Shown: positions 8,801 to 19,019 of the stretch, piece after piece | Numbering within the stretch: the stretch's first letter is position 1 | Layout: the number at the start of each line of letters is the position of its first letter | From: an uncultured Nitrososphaerota archaeon | GTDB taxonomy: Archaea > Thermoproteota > Nitrososphaeria > Nitrososphaerales > Gagatemarchaeaceae | NCBI GenBank assembly: GCA_963703285.1 | Contig: OY969807.1 | Span: forward strand, 1,696,001-1,760,000 | Reading direction: 5' to 3' | DNA length: 64,000 nucleotides | Notes under the pieces: model-generated | Databases searched by the model: none | Told to the model about the DNA's origin: nothing | The model's input: the letters and a program-made list of their open reading frames with translations, nothing else | Program-made: the position numbers and the translations under genes

Positions 8801-9073
8801 ATGACCAGAACGCTTCTCGTGGGTTCATTGGTCATAATCGCAGTCATGTTGGTTGCGTTTGCGATCTCCGTTCCGGTGGTACGAACCTCGTCCCTCGTGG
8901 GAGCCCGACCGTATTGTCCGCAACCTACTGGTGGACTTCTCATTCAGGTTTGCGATAACATAGTTCCTTTGAACGCGCACCATTACGATTCCGTCTCGAT
9001 GGCCATCTTCGGTTTCGGAGCCGCATCCGCAGGAATCTTTGGCTCGGGCTTCTACTACTCATTTTTCTCCTAA
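8801..9073 (+). CDS. Small membrane protein with two Cys
   Basis: N-terminal TM, PVV...C...C...SVSMAIFGFGA; resembles 21194..21532. Confidence 0.6.
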   Translation: MTRTLLVGSLVIIAVMLVAFAISVPVVRTSSLVGARPYCPQPTGGLLIQVCDNIVPLNAHHYDSVSMAIFGFGAASAGIFGSGFYYSFFS

Positions 9074-9212
9074 AGCGCGGTTTCTGTTGAACCCTTCAAT
9101 AATGCCATCCATTTGTCCTTGAGTTCATACCGATTCCCGCAGCTTGTGCAGGTGTCTGTGCCTCCAAGGCTGCATGCGGTTTGACGAAGTTGTAATGGAC
9201 GCGGGAGATGGA

Positions 9213-9962
9213 TCACGACGTCGAGGTTTCCGACGAATTCAACATGAGCAGGTAGATCCCGTTTTCGATCGGGGGCAGCTGGACGGTCATCGAGCTCGCT
9301 ACCGGCGAGAGACACCCCTCCGCGCCTTCTTCACCGGCGCAGGGCGGAGTCGAGTACCATGGGACGGGGCTCGAATCAATGGTGACCCCATCGTTGGGTA
9401 TCGGCATCAGGCTCGACAGCTGGCCCTCCTCGGCATAAATCGTGAGGTTGTAGCCCGCCGCGTTGATTTGAGGACCCAGGGAGAAGTTGAGCTGCAGGAG
9501 GTACTCTTGGGCCGTCAGATAGTAGATGCCACCACCGCATGCCGCGCCGCAGTACACCGGAAAGCTGGTCTGCGAGTATGTGTACGAGCACAGGGCGTTG
9601 CTGAACGAAGTCATCGGGCTGGCGCTCATGTTGAGCTGGATGCTCCCCTCCGTAGTGTTGACGTCTACGATTGCAGAGGTGTAGTCAGGAATGGACGACT
9701 GGCTCGAAGCAGCGCTCGACTCCGAACCCTGTTGGACGGACTGTCCCAGAATCGTACAGCCATAGTTCACGGCCGTCGTTGTCGAGGAGAAAGCTGACTG
9801 AAGCGATTGAGTGGTCTGTGCAGGCGCCGCCGCCCTGGGTTGCAGGGAATACGCCGCGGCCCCTATGGCCACTACGAGGATGATCGCGACGAAAGCAACT
9901 ATCGCCCTCTCTTTTTTCCCCGGCGTTGCCGTCCCCTGTGAGGGTGCCTCAGATTTCATCAA
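9213..9962 (-). CDS. Membrane-anchored exported hypothetical protein
   Basis: N-terminal TM, Ser/Thr-rich linker, Cys pairs. Confidence 0.7.
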   Translation of the reverse strand: MMKSEAPSQGTATPGKKERAIVAFVAIILVVAIGAAAYSLQPRAAAPAQTTQSLQSAFSSTTTAVNYGCTILGQSVQQGSESSAASSQSSIPDYTSAIVDVNTTEGSIQLNMSASPMTSFSNALCSYTYSQTSFPVYCGAACGGGIYYLTAQEYLLQLNFSLGPQINAAGYNLTIYAEEGQLSSLMPIPNDGVTIDSSPVPWYSTPPCAGEEGAEGCLSPVASSMTVQLPPIENGIYLLMLNSSETSTS

Positions 9963-10093
9963 TCATGCACGACGCTCGACCCGCTGGCCTATCGGTGTAA
10001 TGAAGACGCCCTTGCGCTTAACAGTTTTGCTTCGGCAAAAATCTCCATCGCGGCGAGAATCGTTTTTAGGCATCCCGCCGGCGCCGATTCGCA

Positions 10094-11167
10094 ATGGACG
10101 AAAAGGTCCTCTCCTTCCTCCGCAGGGCCTACCGGGAGCACTACTTCAGGCGCCACGACCTGGTCGAGATCCCTTCTGCCATGGCGTCGAGGGAGTTCGG
10201 CTACATCCCCTTCGATGGCGGGATGGTACGCCACCTCTCCTTCAGGAACCCTGGAGAACTCTTCGCGGAGCTCGTCAGACAGGCGCCGTCCTCGGTATTC
10301 TGCTCCAACGCCGTATATGAGAGGCCCACTCTTCAGATGGACGAGAAGGGGTGGAAGGGGGCCGACCTGATCTTCGACATCGACGCCGACGCGATTCCTA
10401 CCCCGTGCAAGTCCACCCACACCTGGTGGTTCTGCGGCAACTGCCACAAGGGAGGCATGGGCGAGGTACCGTCAAGGTGCCCTTACTGCCGGAGCGAGGC
10501 GGTCGAGCAGATGCACTGGAGCTGCTGGGAGTGCCTCAACGAGACGAAGGTCCACGTGAAACGCCTGACAGGGTTCCTCCAAGACGACTTCGGCATAGAC
10601 CGGGAGAGCATCAGGCTGTACTTCTCAGGAAACAGGGGGTACCACGCACAGATTCATGACGAAAGGTACGAGATGGCGGACCCGCAGATGCGAGGCGAGT
10701 TAGCGAACTACGTGAAGGGGACGGGCCTCAGCCTGAAGGCGCAGGAGAGCGCGCCCGGCCGCACAGACCTTGGCTGGTCACGCAGGACCCGCCTGTTTCT
10801 CGTGACGACCGAGGGGGCCTCCCGCTCGAAGAAGACCCAGAAGCTCGCCAACCAGGTAGTCGCTGCCAACGGGGCGCTGATAGACGAATCCGTCACAACC
10901 GACGTGCACCGGGTCTTCCGGATGCCTGGAACGCTCCACGGCAAGTCTGGGCTGCTGAAGATGAGGGTCGAGTCGCTGGAGGAGTTCGACCCGCAGAGCC
11001 AGCCCGTGGTCCTGAGCGGCGAGCCGATCAAGGTGCGGATATACTACTCGCCCGAATTCGTCCTGAACGGGAGAAGGTTCGGACCGTACGAGTCCTCGAC
11101 GGTCGAGATACCTATTTACGCCGCAGTTTTCCTTCTCGCCAGGGGACTGGGTGAACTGGTCGATTGA
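10094..11167 (+). CDS. priS: DNA primase small subunit
   Basis: REFGY, DLIFDIDAD, YFSGNRGYH, IDESVTTDVHRVFRMPGTLHGKSGL. Confidence 0.97.
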   Translation: MDEKVLSFLRRAYREHYFRRHDLVEIPSAMASREFGYIPFDGGMVRHLSFRNPGELFAELVRQAPSSVFCSNAVYERPTLQMDEKGWKGADLIFDIDADAIPTPCKSTHTWWFCGNCHKGGMGEVPSRCPYCRSEAVEQMHWSCWECLNETKVHVKRLTGFLQDDFGIDRESIRLYFSGNRGYHAQIHDERYEMADPQMRGELANYVKGTGLSLKAQESAPGRTDLGWSRRTRLFLVTTEGASRSKKTQKLANQVVAANGALIDESVTTDVHRVFRMPGTLHGKSGLLKMRVESLEEFDPQSQPVVLSGEPIKVRIYYSPEFVLNGRRFGPYESSTVEIPIYAAVFLLARGLGELVD

Positions 11168-11733
11168 GCAGGGGAGACGAGACGATTGAGGTCCTGAAGC
11201 AACTGCTCGACGCAGAGGAACAGTCGGAGAACCTGACGAAGCTACCGGCGGATACCTACACCCGAATCGCGGTCTACGTGCAGAAGCTGCGCAAGAGCGG
11301 TGACATCACCGCGGAGGACCCGCTCAGCAGGCTGACGAGAAAGCAGCTCTCCCTCCTGGAGGGTATGGGGAGACAGCTCCTCGACTCCAGGATTTCCAAG
11401 GCCGTGAGCAGGCAAGACATGAGGGACCTTCTTCCCGAAGAGAAGTTTGTCTGCGAATTCTACATGGAGTTCGAGAGGATGCGCAACAGGTTCGGAAAGG
11501 CGCTCGGCAACGGACAGCAGTCGACGTTCGCTGCCCTGCAGAAGGGCCAGATGCAGAAGAAGGTCACGGTCCGGTTCCAAAAGCCGCTCGAGGAGATAGT
11601 CGGGTTCGACCTGAACAAGTATGGCCCCTTCCAGGTCCACGACGTGGCCATCATCCCCGCGGCCAACGCAGAGGTCCTGGTATCCAGCGGCGTCGCGATC
11701 GTGGTCTATTCGAGCGACTCGATCTACGAGTAG
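11164..11733 (+). CDS. GINS complex subunit (Gins15/Gins51 type)
   Basis: LTKLPADTY, LLPEEK, C-terminal IVGFDLNKYGPF..DVAIIPAANAEVLV..G; follows priS. Confidence 0.88.
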   Translation: MSRGDETIEVLKQLLDAEEQSENLTKLPADTYTRIAVYVQKLRKSGDITAEDPLSRLTRKQLSLLEGMGRQLLDSRISKAVSRQDMRDLLPEEKFVCEFYMEFERMRNRFGKALGNGQQSTFAALQKGQMQKKVTVRFQKPLEEIVGFDLNKYGPFQVHDVAIIPAANAEVLVSSGVAIVVYSSDSIYE

Positions 11734-12068
11734 CTCCGCCACGTATGGTTGCATTTCACGCAGCGGTAGAACTGCGTCGGCGGCTCGTCGCCGCTCCGGG
11801 TCTGCAGGAACCACCACATCGCCTCGCCATGCCCGCACTTGGGGCACTCTGTCTTCGTCGTCGGAAGAGACGTGAGCTTCCCTTCCTTCTCCCCGACCAC
11901 CTTTATCACCGGCGCGTCGGCCAGCTCCTCCTCGGTCGCCTTGGTCACGGTCTTCCCCGCCTTGTCCGAGAAGCCGCAGTTGTCACAGACGAAGGTCATC
12001 GCCGTCCCCTTGTCGAGCTTGACCTGCTTTAGCTTTAGTCTGGTTCCACACTTCGGGCAGAATTTCAT
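11724..12068 (-). CDS. tfs: Transcription factor S
   Basis: MKFCPKCG; CPKCGH...QTRSGDEPPTQFYRCVKC. Confidence 0.96.
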   Translation of the reverse strand: MKFCPKCGTRLKLKQVKLDKGTAMTFVCDNCGFSDKAGKTVTKATEEELADAPVIKVVGEKEGKLTSLPTTKTECPKCGHGEAMWWFLQTRSGDEPPTQFYRCVKCNHTWRSYS

Positions 12069-12352
12069 TCAGTCACACCGGTGAACGCCTTGTTCACGGC
12101 CTCGAGCAGGTCGTGGGCGTTGCTCTGGGCCCTCTCGAGGCTCGCCAGGAACGCCTTCTCGGGTTTGATTCTCTGGGCCCTCACCTTGATGACGAGCTTC
12201 TTGATCAGTGGGTGCGGGGGAAGGACCCCAGCAAAGGTTACGTTCTTCTCGTCCAGGAGTTCGTGGTGGATTATCTCTCCGAGGGAGTAGTCTTCACCGG
12301 TCACTTCCACGGTGAACTCTCTTTCGCCCTCTCTCAGGACCTGGACTTGCAT
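12065..12352 (-). CDS. rpoL: RNA polymerase subunit Rpo11 (L)
   Basis: GEDYSLGEII...V.FAG..PHPL; synteny. Confidence 0.92.
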   Translation of the reverse strand: MQVQVLREGEREFTVEVTGEDYSLGEIIHHELLDEKNVTFAGVLPPHPLIKKLVIKVRAQRIKPEKAFLASLERAQSNAHDLLEAVNKAFTGVTE

Positions 12353-12388
12353 GGTTCTGAGGCGTGCGAATTCATTGGGTTATTAAAC

Positions 12389-12961
12389 TCATGGTTGTAC
12401 CGGTTCTCTGCCGAAGTCGTCTGCGAACTTCCGGTCCTCGACGTTCCCGCAGTTGGTGCACTGCGCCCTGCCTCCCGCCGCCACGAGGGGCCTACCACAG
12501 TTGCTGCACAGGGAGGCTATCACGCCGAGGTGCGGTTCGCCGATCGAGAGGTGGATCATCGCATTCATCGTGCTGATGACCTTGGCCCTCACCACGTCGC
12601 CAAGCTTCACGGCGGTCCTCCTCATCCCCCTTCCTCCCCTCTCCTCCCTTAGGAAGAGTATTCCGACGAATCCGGCCTGGGTCGGCTTCCCGTTGAGGTA
12701 GTATATCTTGAGTTGGGACGTGCTCGACTGCGCCACCTCAATCTGCCCCGTGACCACGTCTCCCACGTCGGGCACCTTGGGCACGACCGTCGATTTCACA
12801 TCGATTTCCCTCTCGCGGAGGTCCTTGACGACGACCCCGGCCTGCAGCGCCCTGATTGTCCCGTCCGCGTCGTAGGCGTTGTTGCCGGGAAGGTACTCTT
12901 CGGAGACCGCCATCGGGTCGCCCGGCAGCACTCTCTGTTGCTTCTCTGCGCTCATCTTCAT
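12389..12961 (-). CDS. csl4: Exosome RNA-binding protein Csl4
   Basis: VLPGD...EEYLPG, S1 domain, GDVVRAKV, CSNCG...CTNCGNVEDRK. Confidence 0.95.
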   Translation of the reverse strand: MKMSAEKQQRVLPGDPMAVSEEYLPGNNAYDADGTIRALQAGVVVKDLREREIDVKSTVVPKVPDVGDVVTGQIEVAQSSTSQLKIYYLNGKPTQAGFVGILFLREERGGRGMRRTAVKLGDVVRAKVISTMNAMIHLSIGEPHLGVIASLCSNCGRPLVAAGGRAQCTNCGNVEDRKFADDFGREPVQP

Positions 12962-13995
12962 CTCGTCCTCGGTGTCAATCCGGTCGTCAACTCAATCCAC
13001 TTAGGTCTTTCTAGGAACTCCCCCACCTCCCTCCCCTCCATCAGCCTCACCAGAGCGTCCGCCTGAGGTATGGAGAGGACGGGCCTGTCGAACGTGAACC
13101 CGTCAATCGATATCCTGGGGCAGGCCGTCTGGACGAATGCCTCTATGTCCCTGTGGGGCGCCAGGCTGTCCGGGGTTATGTCCCGCATCGCCAGCTGCAC
13201 GACCTCCCGACCGTTCATCTCGAGCCTCTTCGTTATCCACCTCGTCCGCCCCAGCATCTTCTGACCCTCCTTCAGCCCCGTGATGACGCCGAAGACCCGT
13301 GCATCGAGCGCCTTGTACACGGCCAGTATCGACCGCTTCCTCCGAATCTCGGCCTCTTCCTTCATGTCCCTCACCTCCTCGAGATAGGGGTCGAGGAGAT
13401 AGGTTGGCTTCCCGGTGGCGAGGGCGACCCCGACCGCGTGGAACTCGCTCTCCCCGAGGTAGCAGAAGGCGTCGACCTCCCTGCTCATGGGGTAGATGGT
13501 CGAGAAGTCGCAGCCGAAGGTCTGGGACTGGAAGAGGAGGTTGTTCTCCTTCCCAAGGTGCACCTCGAGCCCGGCCGCCTCGAGCTGCCTCTTCGCCGGT
13601 TCCAGCTCGTCGAGATGCTGGCTGAAAGTCGCAAGGCCGATACTCTTGTACTGCCTGAAGACTGGGATTGACTTCTCGATGACGGCGTCGAACTTGATGT
13701 CGTCCTTTGCGTCGATGAGGTGCGTGAACTCGCCGATCTCTTCCACAACGGCGTTGTGACCGATGTGCAGGGCGAGGTCAGCGCCGAGCTTGGTGACGTC
13801 GTCGTCGACGGTGTCGCAAATCCCGAAGCAGGAGTCTCCGACGAGGAAGCACGGGACCCCGTACTCCTTCTCTATCCTCTTGACGAGGTCCTTCGTCTGC
13901 CGCAGCAGGCCGCCGGGAGCGTTGACCACTATGCCCTTTGGCTTCCGCTCTCTGACCAGCCTGAACACTTTCTCTTCGTCGATTCTGACCGTCAA
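12958..13995 (-). CDS. dph2: Diphthamide biosynthesis enzyme Dph2
   Basis: CFGICD, HIGH, GCD, TACPRISID. Confidence 0.95.
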   Translation of the reverse strand: MTVRIDEEKVFRLVRERKPKGIVVNAPGGLLRQTKDLVKRIEKEYGVPCFLVGDSCFGICDTVDDDVTKLGADLALHIGHNAVVEEIGEFTHLIDAKDDIKFDAVIEKSIPVFRQYKSIGLATFSQHLDELEPAKRQLEAAGLEVHLGKENNLLFQSQTFGCDFSTIYPMSREVDAFCYLGESEFHAVGVALATGKPTYLLDPYLEEVRDMKEEAEIRRKRSILAVYKALDARVFGVITGLKEGQKMLGRTRWITKRLEMNGREVVQLAMRDITPDSLAPHRDIEAFVQTACPRISIDGFTFDRPVLSIPQADALVRLMEGREVGEFLERPKWIELTTGLTPRTR

Positions 13996-14205
13996 ATCCC
14001 CGCTGACCTGGAACCCGCGCTCCTCTCTTCCTTAATTAGGATTCTCGTCCGATGAGGCTGTGCGGCCGCGATAGCGCGGGCCTCACAAAACCTCAGCGAT
14101 TTCATTGCCTGCGTCATCCTGTGATTGAGAGTTGGACGCGTCGCCGGGCGACATGTGGGGACCCTTTTAATACGGACGGGAGTCGCCGCCCGCGATGAGA
14201 TTTCA

Positions 14206-14307
14206 ATGGCAATGTGTGCAAAATGCGGCAAGGAGATTCCTGCAGGAGACGAAGTAAAGAAGGGCTTTCTGACGAAGAAGAGCTACCACAAGGAATGCGC
14301 TGCCTGA
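14206..14307 (+). CDS. Tiny zinc-finger protein (33 aa)
   Basis: MAMCAKCGKEI...KKSYHKECAA (CxxC...HxxC); TTTTAATA box ~40 nt upstream. Confidence 0.7.
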   Translation: MAMCAKCGKEIPAGDEVKKGFLTKKSYHKECAA

Positions 14308-14456
14308 AAAACTCTCGAATCGACTCCTGTTGTTGAAGATTTAATCAGAGAACGCTCTCTGCGTACGCAGTCCGTCCGCGGGCATCAATCAGTTCCGATG
14401 ATGCTTCTCGGCCCGGCAAACCCTTCGCCGACCGCAACACGACCGAGGGCGGAATC

Positions 14457-15875
14457 TCAAGCCTGCTTTGTCACCCATCGTCTAGACGCAACGACCACGA
14501 CTACCAACGACGCAACTCCGATCACGACCGCGATTCCGACGAGCCATAGATTCTGAACTGCCAAGGAGGATGGGCCCCCCGTCGAGGCGATGCTCAGGGT
14601 GGTCGTCTTCGACGAGGTTGCCGAGCCCTGGTACAACGTTCCGTTCTCGTACGTGAGGGGGTAGTGATTCGCCATGAACGGTCCGGGCAGGGTGAGCGCC
14701 GCCCGAGGGGCCTGAGGGAAGTCGAAGGCCTCCATCATGTCGCTCGCCGAAGCGTCCCTAGTCGCCAGCGACGGGACCGAAAAGACCGTCTCGATGAACT
14801 TGAGGATCGAGGTGAAGTCGCCCTGGGCGCCGTCCACGAAACCCTGCTTCGCGTAAGGCGATATCACGAGGCACGGGACCCTGAAACCATAGCCCAAGCC
14901 GTCCACCTGAGGCGGAGTAACGTGGTCATAGAATCCTCCCCAATCGTCCCACGTCACGAAGATGGCGGTAGAGCTCCAATACGAACTCGCCATTATGGCG
15001 TTGATCTCGGAGACGACCGCCTGCTCCCCCAGAGTGATGTTCCCCGGGGGCTCCTCGCTCACAGCGTCGCTGGCTGGCATGACCCACGCCACGCTCGGCA
15101 GGTTCCCATGCTCGACGTCCGTGATGAACTGCCCCGTCTCGACTATGTTGTTCAGAAGCGACGGGTCGCTCCTGACAGACGCGAACGCCGGAAGCGGGTT
15201 CCAGTTGTTCAGGGACTGGTGCTCACCCGCGTAGTATCGCCAGGATACGTTGGCGGCCGCCAGCTCGTTGACTGCGGAGCTGAAGTAGAACGTGCTGTCG
15301 TTCACGTCGCTCGACGTGAAGTTGAACTCCGCGTATCTGGCGTCACCGGTGAGGCCCCCCGACTGTCCGGCGATGAGATAGAGGTGGTTCGGCAGGCTGG
15401 GTCCCATGACCGAGGTGAAGAAGTCGTCCATCAGGACGTACTGGGACGCGTAGTCCCAGTAGTAGGGTATGAAGCGGGAGTCGTAGTACCCCATCGTGAC
15501 CTCCGACCCTCCCTGGCCGGCGATGAACCCCTCCATCGTCCCGTTGTCGTACGCTTCGTGAGCCGCATTCCAGCTGTTGTTTAGATTCTTGCTGAGCACC
15601 GGGGTCGTGAGCAGGTACGGCTCCACGGTTGGTGCGCCGCCGAGCTTGGTGGGCTCAGCGCTAGAGCCGTTGAGGCCGTTGACTCCCGGATAGGTGCCGA
15701 AGTAGTTGTCGAAGGTGTGATTCTCCTCCATTATCACGACCACGTGCTTTATCGGATACCCTGTGCTGGCGACGGCTGCTGCAGCAGGATATGGGATGGC
15801 CGCGGAGACGAGAATCAGGGAGATGAATGCGACAGTGCCTACGCCTAAATCTGCGTCAGACAAGCTCCGCCTCAT
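14457..15875 (-). CDS. Secreted, membrane-anchored phosphoesterase (phospholipase C/AcpA family)
   Basis: [45 protein letters not shown]. Confidence 0.92.
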   Translation of the reverse strand: MRRSLSDADLGVGTVAFISLILVSAAIPYPAAAAVASTGYPIKHVVVIMEENHTFDNYFGTYPGVNGLNGSSAEPTKLGGAPTVEPYLLTTPVLSKNLNNSWNAAHEAYDNGTMEGFIAGQGGSEVTMGYYDSRFIPYYWDYASQYVLMDDFFTSVMGPSLPNHLYLIAGQSGGLTGDARYAEFNFTSSDVNDSTFYFSSAVNELAAANVSWRYYAGEHQSLNNWNPLPAFASVRSDPSLLNNIVETGQFITDVEHGNLPSVAWVMPASDAVSEEPPGNITLGEQAVVSEINAIMASSYWSSTAIFVTWDDWGGFYDHVTPPQVDGLGYGFRVPCLVISPYAKQGFVDGAQGDFTSILKFIETVFSVPSLATRDASASDMMEAFDFPQAPRAALTLPGPFMANHYPLTYENGTLYQGSATSSKTTTLSIASTGGPSSLAVQNLWLVGIAVVIGVASLVVVVVASRRWVTKQA

Positions 15876-16020
15876 CGCTGGTTAACGTGGTCCCCCACCC
15901 TTTATCCATTATTGAAGCATTCTAGTTCCTTTTGTTCCTGCGGTTCTCTCCCTGCGCCCCGTCATCTGGACCAGACTCCTCCCGACCTTCCATAGAAGGC
16001 CGCAAAATCTTTCATCCTGG

Positions 16021-17136
16021 CTATGAAAAGAACGCCAGATACTGGAAGACGGAGAACAGCCCGGCCAGGCCTATGCACAGCACGACGTAGGTTACCTCGA
16101 GCTTCCTTCCCCTCAGCAGCACCGAGTAGCTGAGGAAGACCGGGAAGGCCGGCAGCAACAGCCTCGGGACGGAGAGGGCGACGAAGCCGACCCAGAAGAG
16201 CAGCGGCAGGGTCACCGACAGGCAGTACACGCACAGGAACACCCTGTGCTTGGCGCCCGTCTTGAGAAGGTACAGGGCGCCAAATAGATAGAAAGCCTCG
16301 AAGCAGATGTTCCTCACCAGCCAGTAGGGCGGGGTGAGACGGAGCCCGTCGGCGGCCCAAGGTTGGCAGGTGTATGAGCCGGGGGAGTTGACGCAGAGCA
16401 GGTAGTAGGCCTGCGTCAGCGGGTTCGCGAGTTTCACCCCCCACGGCGCTTCCAGCCTGATGAGGTCGAGATAGGCTCCTGTCTCGGCCCTGAGCCATAG
16501 CACTATCAGCGCACCCGTAACCAGAGGAAGGCCATAGAAGAGCAGGTCCCTCGGGCGCCGCCGGGTATCCAGGAGCGCGACAAGGAAGGAGGGGAGCGTC
16601 CAGGCGAGGTTGAAGAAGGTGAGGATGGCAGCGCTCACGGTAGCCGAGGCAGAAAGCACCCTGTCCTTCATCAACAGCAAAATCGAAGAAGCGAGGAAGA
16701 CGAGGACGACCACGTCTGAATAGGGAATCGTGGTGAAGAGCAGGTAGGTCGGGAAGAGCTCCGCCAGCAGGGCCGTCCTGTAGCCGAAGGCCTTGTACAG
16801 CAGCACCGGGAAGACGAAACTGAGGGCGTTCGTCACCACGTAAGCCGAGACCCACGCGCTGCCCAGCGCGTAGTAGACCGCCCTGATGAGCGCCGGATAG
16901 AGCGGAGAGAAGACATAGGGCGCTGACGGTCCGTATCCCTGGGTCGCGATGATCTGGTAGAAATCGCCGTCCCACTTTGTCGCCATCAGGTGGAGCAGGT
17001 CGGGCGAGGGGTCGAAGGGATAGACCGCGATGAACACGACCACCTTGCCGACCGCCAGAAGGAGGATGAGACGGAGTACCGGGGAAGCCCAGGCGTTCCG
17101 GAGGAGGTGCAGGCTTCGCCCTCCCTTGGAGTCCAT
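16021..17136 (-). CDS. GT-C fold mannosyltransferase-like membrane protein (PIG-V like)
   Basis: WDGDFYQIIATQGY...FSPLYP, many TMs, SVPRLLLPAFP. Confidence 0.75.
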   Translation of the reverse strand: MDSKGGRSLHLLRNAWASPVLRLILLLAVGKVVVFIAVYPFDPSPDLLHLMATKWDGDFYQIIATQGYGPSAPYVFSPLYPALIRAVYYALGSAWVSAYVVTNALSFVFPVLLYKAFGYRTALLAELFPTYLLFTTIPYSDVVVLVFLASSILLLMKDRVLSASATVSAAILTFFNLAWTLPSFLVALLDTRRRPRDLLFYGLPLVTGALIVLWLRAETGAYLDLIRLEAPWGVKLANPLTQAYYLLCVNSPGSYTCQPWAADGLRLTPPYWLVRNICFEAFYLFGALYLLKTGAKHRVFLCVYCLSVTLPLLFWVGFVALSVPRLLLPAFPVFLSYSVLLRGRKLEVTYVVLCIGLAGLFSVFQYLAFFS

Positions 17137-17227
17137 GCCTTACCCCTCCCTGGCTCGGGCATATCTCCATTCAACAACAATCGTCTCGTCCTGAAAGAGT
17201 CTGGAGCCGCTAAGGGTTCTGATTGAA

Positions 17228-17254
17228 CTGTTGGGACAAAACTATTAATCAGAA
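17228..17254 (+). promoter_or_regulatory. Repeated motif CTGTTsGGACAAAACTATTAATCA (BRE/TATA-like)
   Basis: Other copies at 18527-18548 (degenerate), 19979-20002 and 48561-48586 (minus). Confidence 0.6.
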
Positions 17255-17280
17255 ACAAGAACCGCCGCAATCGAGTTGGA

Positions 17281-18486
17281 ATGACGCAGCAACGGCAGGG
17301 AATAGGGACGACCTTGATTGTCGTTGCCCTGGTCCTTGTCATCGTGGTGGGGACGATAGGCTTCGTAATGCTCAACCTTCAATCGCTTCCGCTTCCACGG
17401 ACCACCAGCGACTTGTACTCCCAATCCTCGACGTCCTTGGCGTCCACGACCGGACCGTCAGTGTCTTACTCGACAACCTCGTCTTCGGACCTCAGACTGC
17501 AGGTTACGCTGAATTCCAGCAGCATCCAATCGCAGGAGGAGGTCGCGGTCCAGATAGAGGTGCTCAACCTGCAGAGTCAGAACGTCTCCCTCACGGTCGT
17601 TCCCAACCAGAACATCTCGTCGTGGAACGCAGCGGACTTCTTCTGCAGCGTGAACCCCAGTCGCTCCCTCGTGGGCTTCGCCCTCTTCAGCGGGAACTTT
17701 GCAAGCGGGAACATCTCGGCGGCCGGTTCTCCGCTGCAGCTCGCTGCGTCGTCTGTGGTGTTACCGTGCCTCTACAGCCTGCCCCTGAACGACACCACGT
17801 TCCTTCCGGGCAGCGACAAGACCGTGTCCTTGAGCTACTACGGCCAGACCGAGGAGCCACCCTATCAGGTGACGGCGGAGGTGAACGCGTCCACCGGTTA
17901 CTGCGGCGAATCTCTCACGGCTGGGGCCTGTCAGGGGACCTCGGGGATCCTCGGCTACTGGAGCGCCGGTCTCGTAGGGAACTCGTCGCTGGGCTCCAAT
18001 GACTTCACATACCTTCCTGCCGGAGACTACACAATAGCGGCGATGGACGACTGGGGCCAGACTGTCTACGCTCACTTCGACGTGACGCCTGCCGCGATTA
18101 CGACGACCTCAGCATCGAGCGATTGCATCATCAGCGCGGAGGGCACCGGCTTCTACGTGACCGTGCTCTCCGACTCGGGCCAGCCGATACAAGGAGTCCA
18201 AGTCTCGGGCACCCGGGTCACCCAAGTGAACGACGCGACCTGCCAGCAGGGCATAGGCACGTATGTCACGAACTCCACCGGCAGCGTCCTCATCACCCCG
18301 AACATAGGCAGCTACTACCTGCTCTCCATCATGTACCAAGGCAAGAACTATACAACCAAGGCGCCGATCGAGCCCATGACGACCACCTACGTGACCCTCA
18401 AGGTCCCGTCGGGCAATGTCACAATCAGCGAAGTCTTCGAAGGAGGCTGCCAGACGAACTCCGAAGGAGTCAACTGCCCAGGCTAG
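17281..18486 (+). CDS. Exported Ser/Thr-rich hypothetical protein
   Basis: N-terminal TM; shares a domain (PC...G.YT..A.D..G....F.V) with 20021..21013. Confidence 0.75.
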   Translation: MTQQRQGIGTTLIVVALVLVIVVGTIGFVMLNLQSLPLPRTTSDLYSQSSTSLASTTGPSVSYSTTSSSDLRLQVTLNSSSIQSQEEVAVQIEVLNLQSQNVSLTVVPNQNISSWNAADFFCSVNPSRSLVGFALFSGNFASGNISAAGSPLQLAASSVVLPCLYSLPLNDTTFLPGSDKTVSLSYYGQTEEPPYQVTAEVNASTGYCGESLTAGACQGTSGILGYWSAGLVGNSSLGSNDFTYLPAGDYTIAAMDDWGQTVYAHFDVTPAAITTTSASSDCIISAEGTGFYVTVLSDSGQPIQGVQVSGTRVTQVNDATCQQGIGTYVTNSTGSVLITPNIGSYYLLSIMYQGKNYTTKAPIEPMTTTYVTLKVPSGNVTISEVFEGGCQTNSEGVNCPG

Positions 18487-18575
18487 CAGCTCCGGCCTCG
18501 GGGCCCACGCAATTCGCATACTGAAGCCCTGTTCGGACAAAACTAATCGAGATCGAGTTCGCCGTGTTGGGAATC

Positions 18576-19019
18576 TTAGTCAGGGGTGATCTTAATCGCC
18601 TGCGTGATATCAACCGCGACGCTCTGCGAAGTATTTGCCGGTGCTATATCGAAAAAGACAAGATAGTAGGAGCCTTTGGCTAAAGACAAGTTCAGAGCGA
18701 CCGAGTTCACATAACCACTCGAAAAGAAGTAATCAGTCGGAGGCTCATACGGCCCCACGTACCTGAACTGCGTCGAGTTCACTACGAACACCTGAATCTG
18801 AAAGTTCGCCTTTAGTGAACCCGAGACATTCGAAGCTTGGGAAACGGAGAAGGGGATGAATGCATCACTCTCAGGGTTAACGTGCACACTCGTCCCCTGG
18901 GCGGCTATCACACCCGAATTTGCATTCCAGCTCGGTAGGAGCACAAGTCCCAGCAAGGTCAAGGCGAGCAGCATCACCGAGAAGAGAGCGGCCCGCCCCA
19001 TATGCGACCTCAGGTTCAC
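18576..19019 (-). CDS. Exported beta-sandwich hypothetical protein
   Basis: N-terminal TM, GSYYLVFF. Confidence 0.65.
   Translation of the reverse strand: MNLRSHMGRAALFSVMLLALTLLGLVLLPSWNANSGVIAAQGTSVHVNPESDAFIPFSVSQASNVSGSLKANFQIQVFVVNSTQFRYVGPYEPPTDYFFSSGYVNSVALNLSLAKGSYYLVFFDIAPANTSQSVAVDITQAIKITPD

Noticed and set aside
8671-10053. 11-bp direct repeat CTCCATCGCGG flanking two accessory genes
   Set aside because: Short and GC-rich; chance occurrence is plausible without an empty-site comparison.
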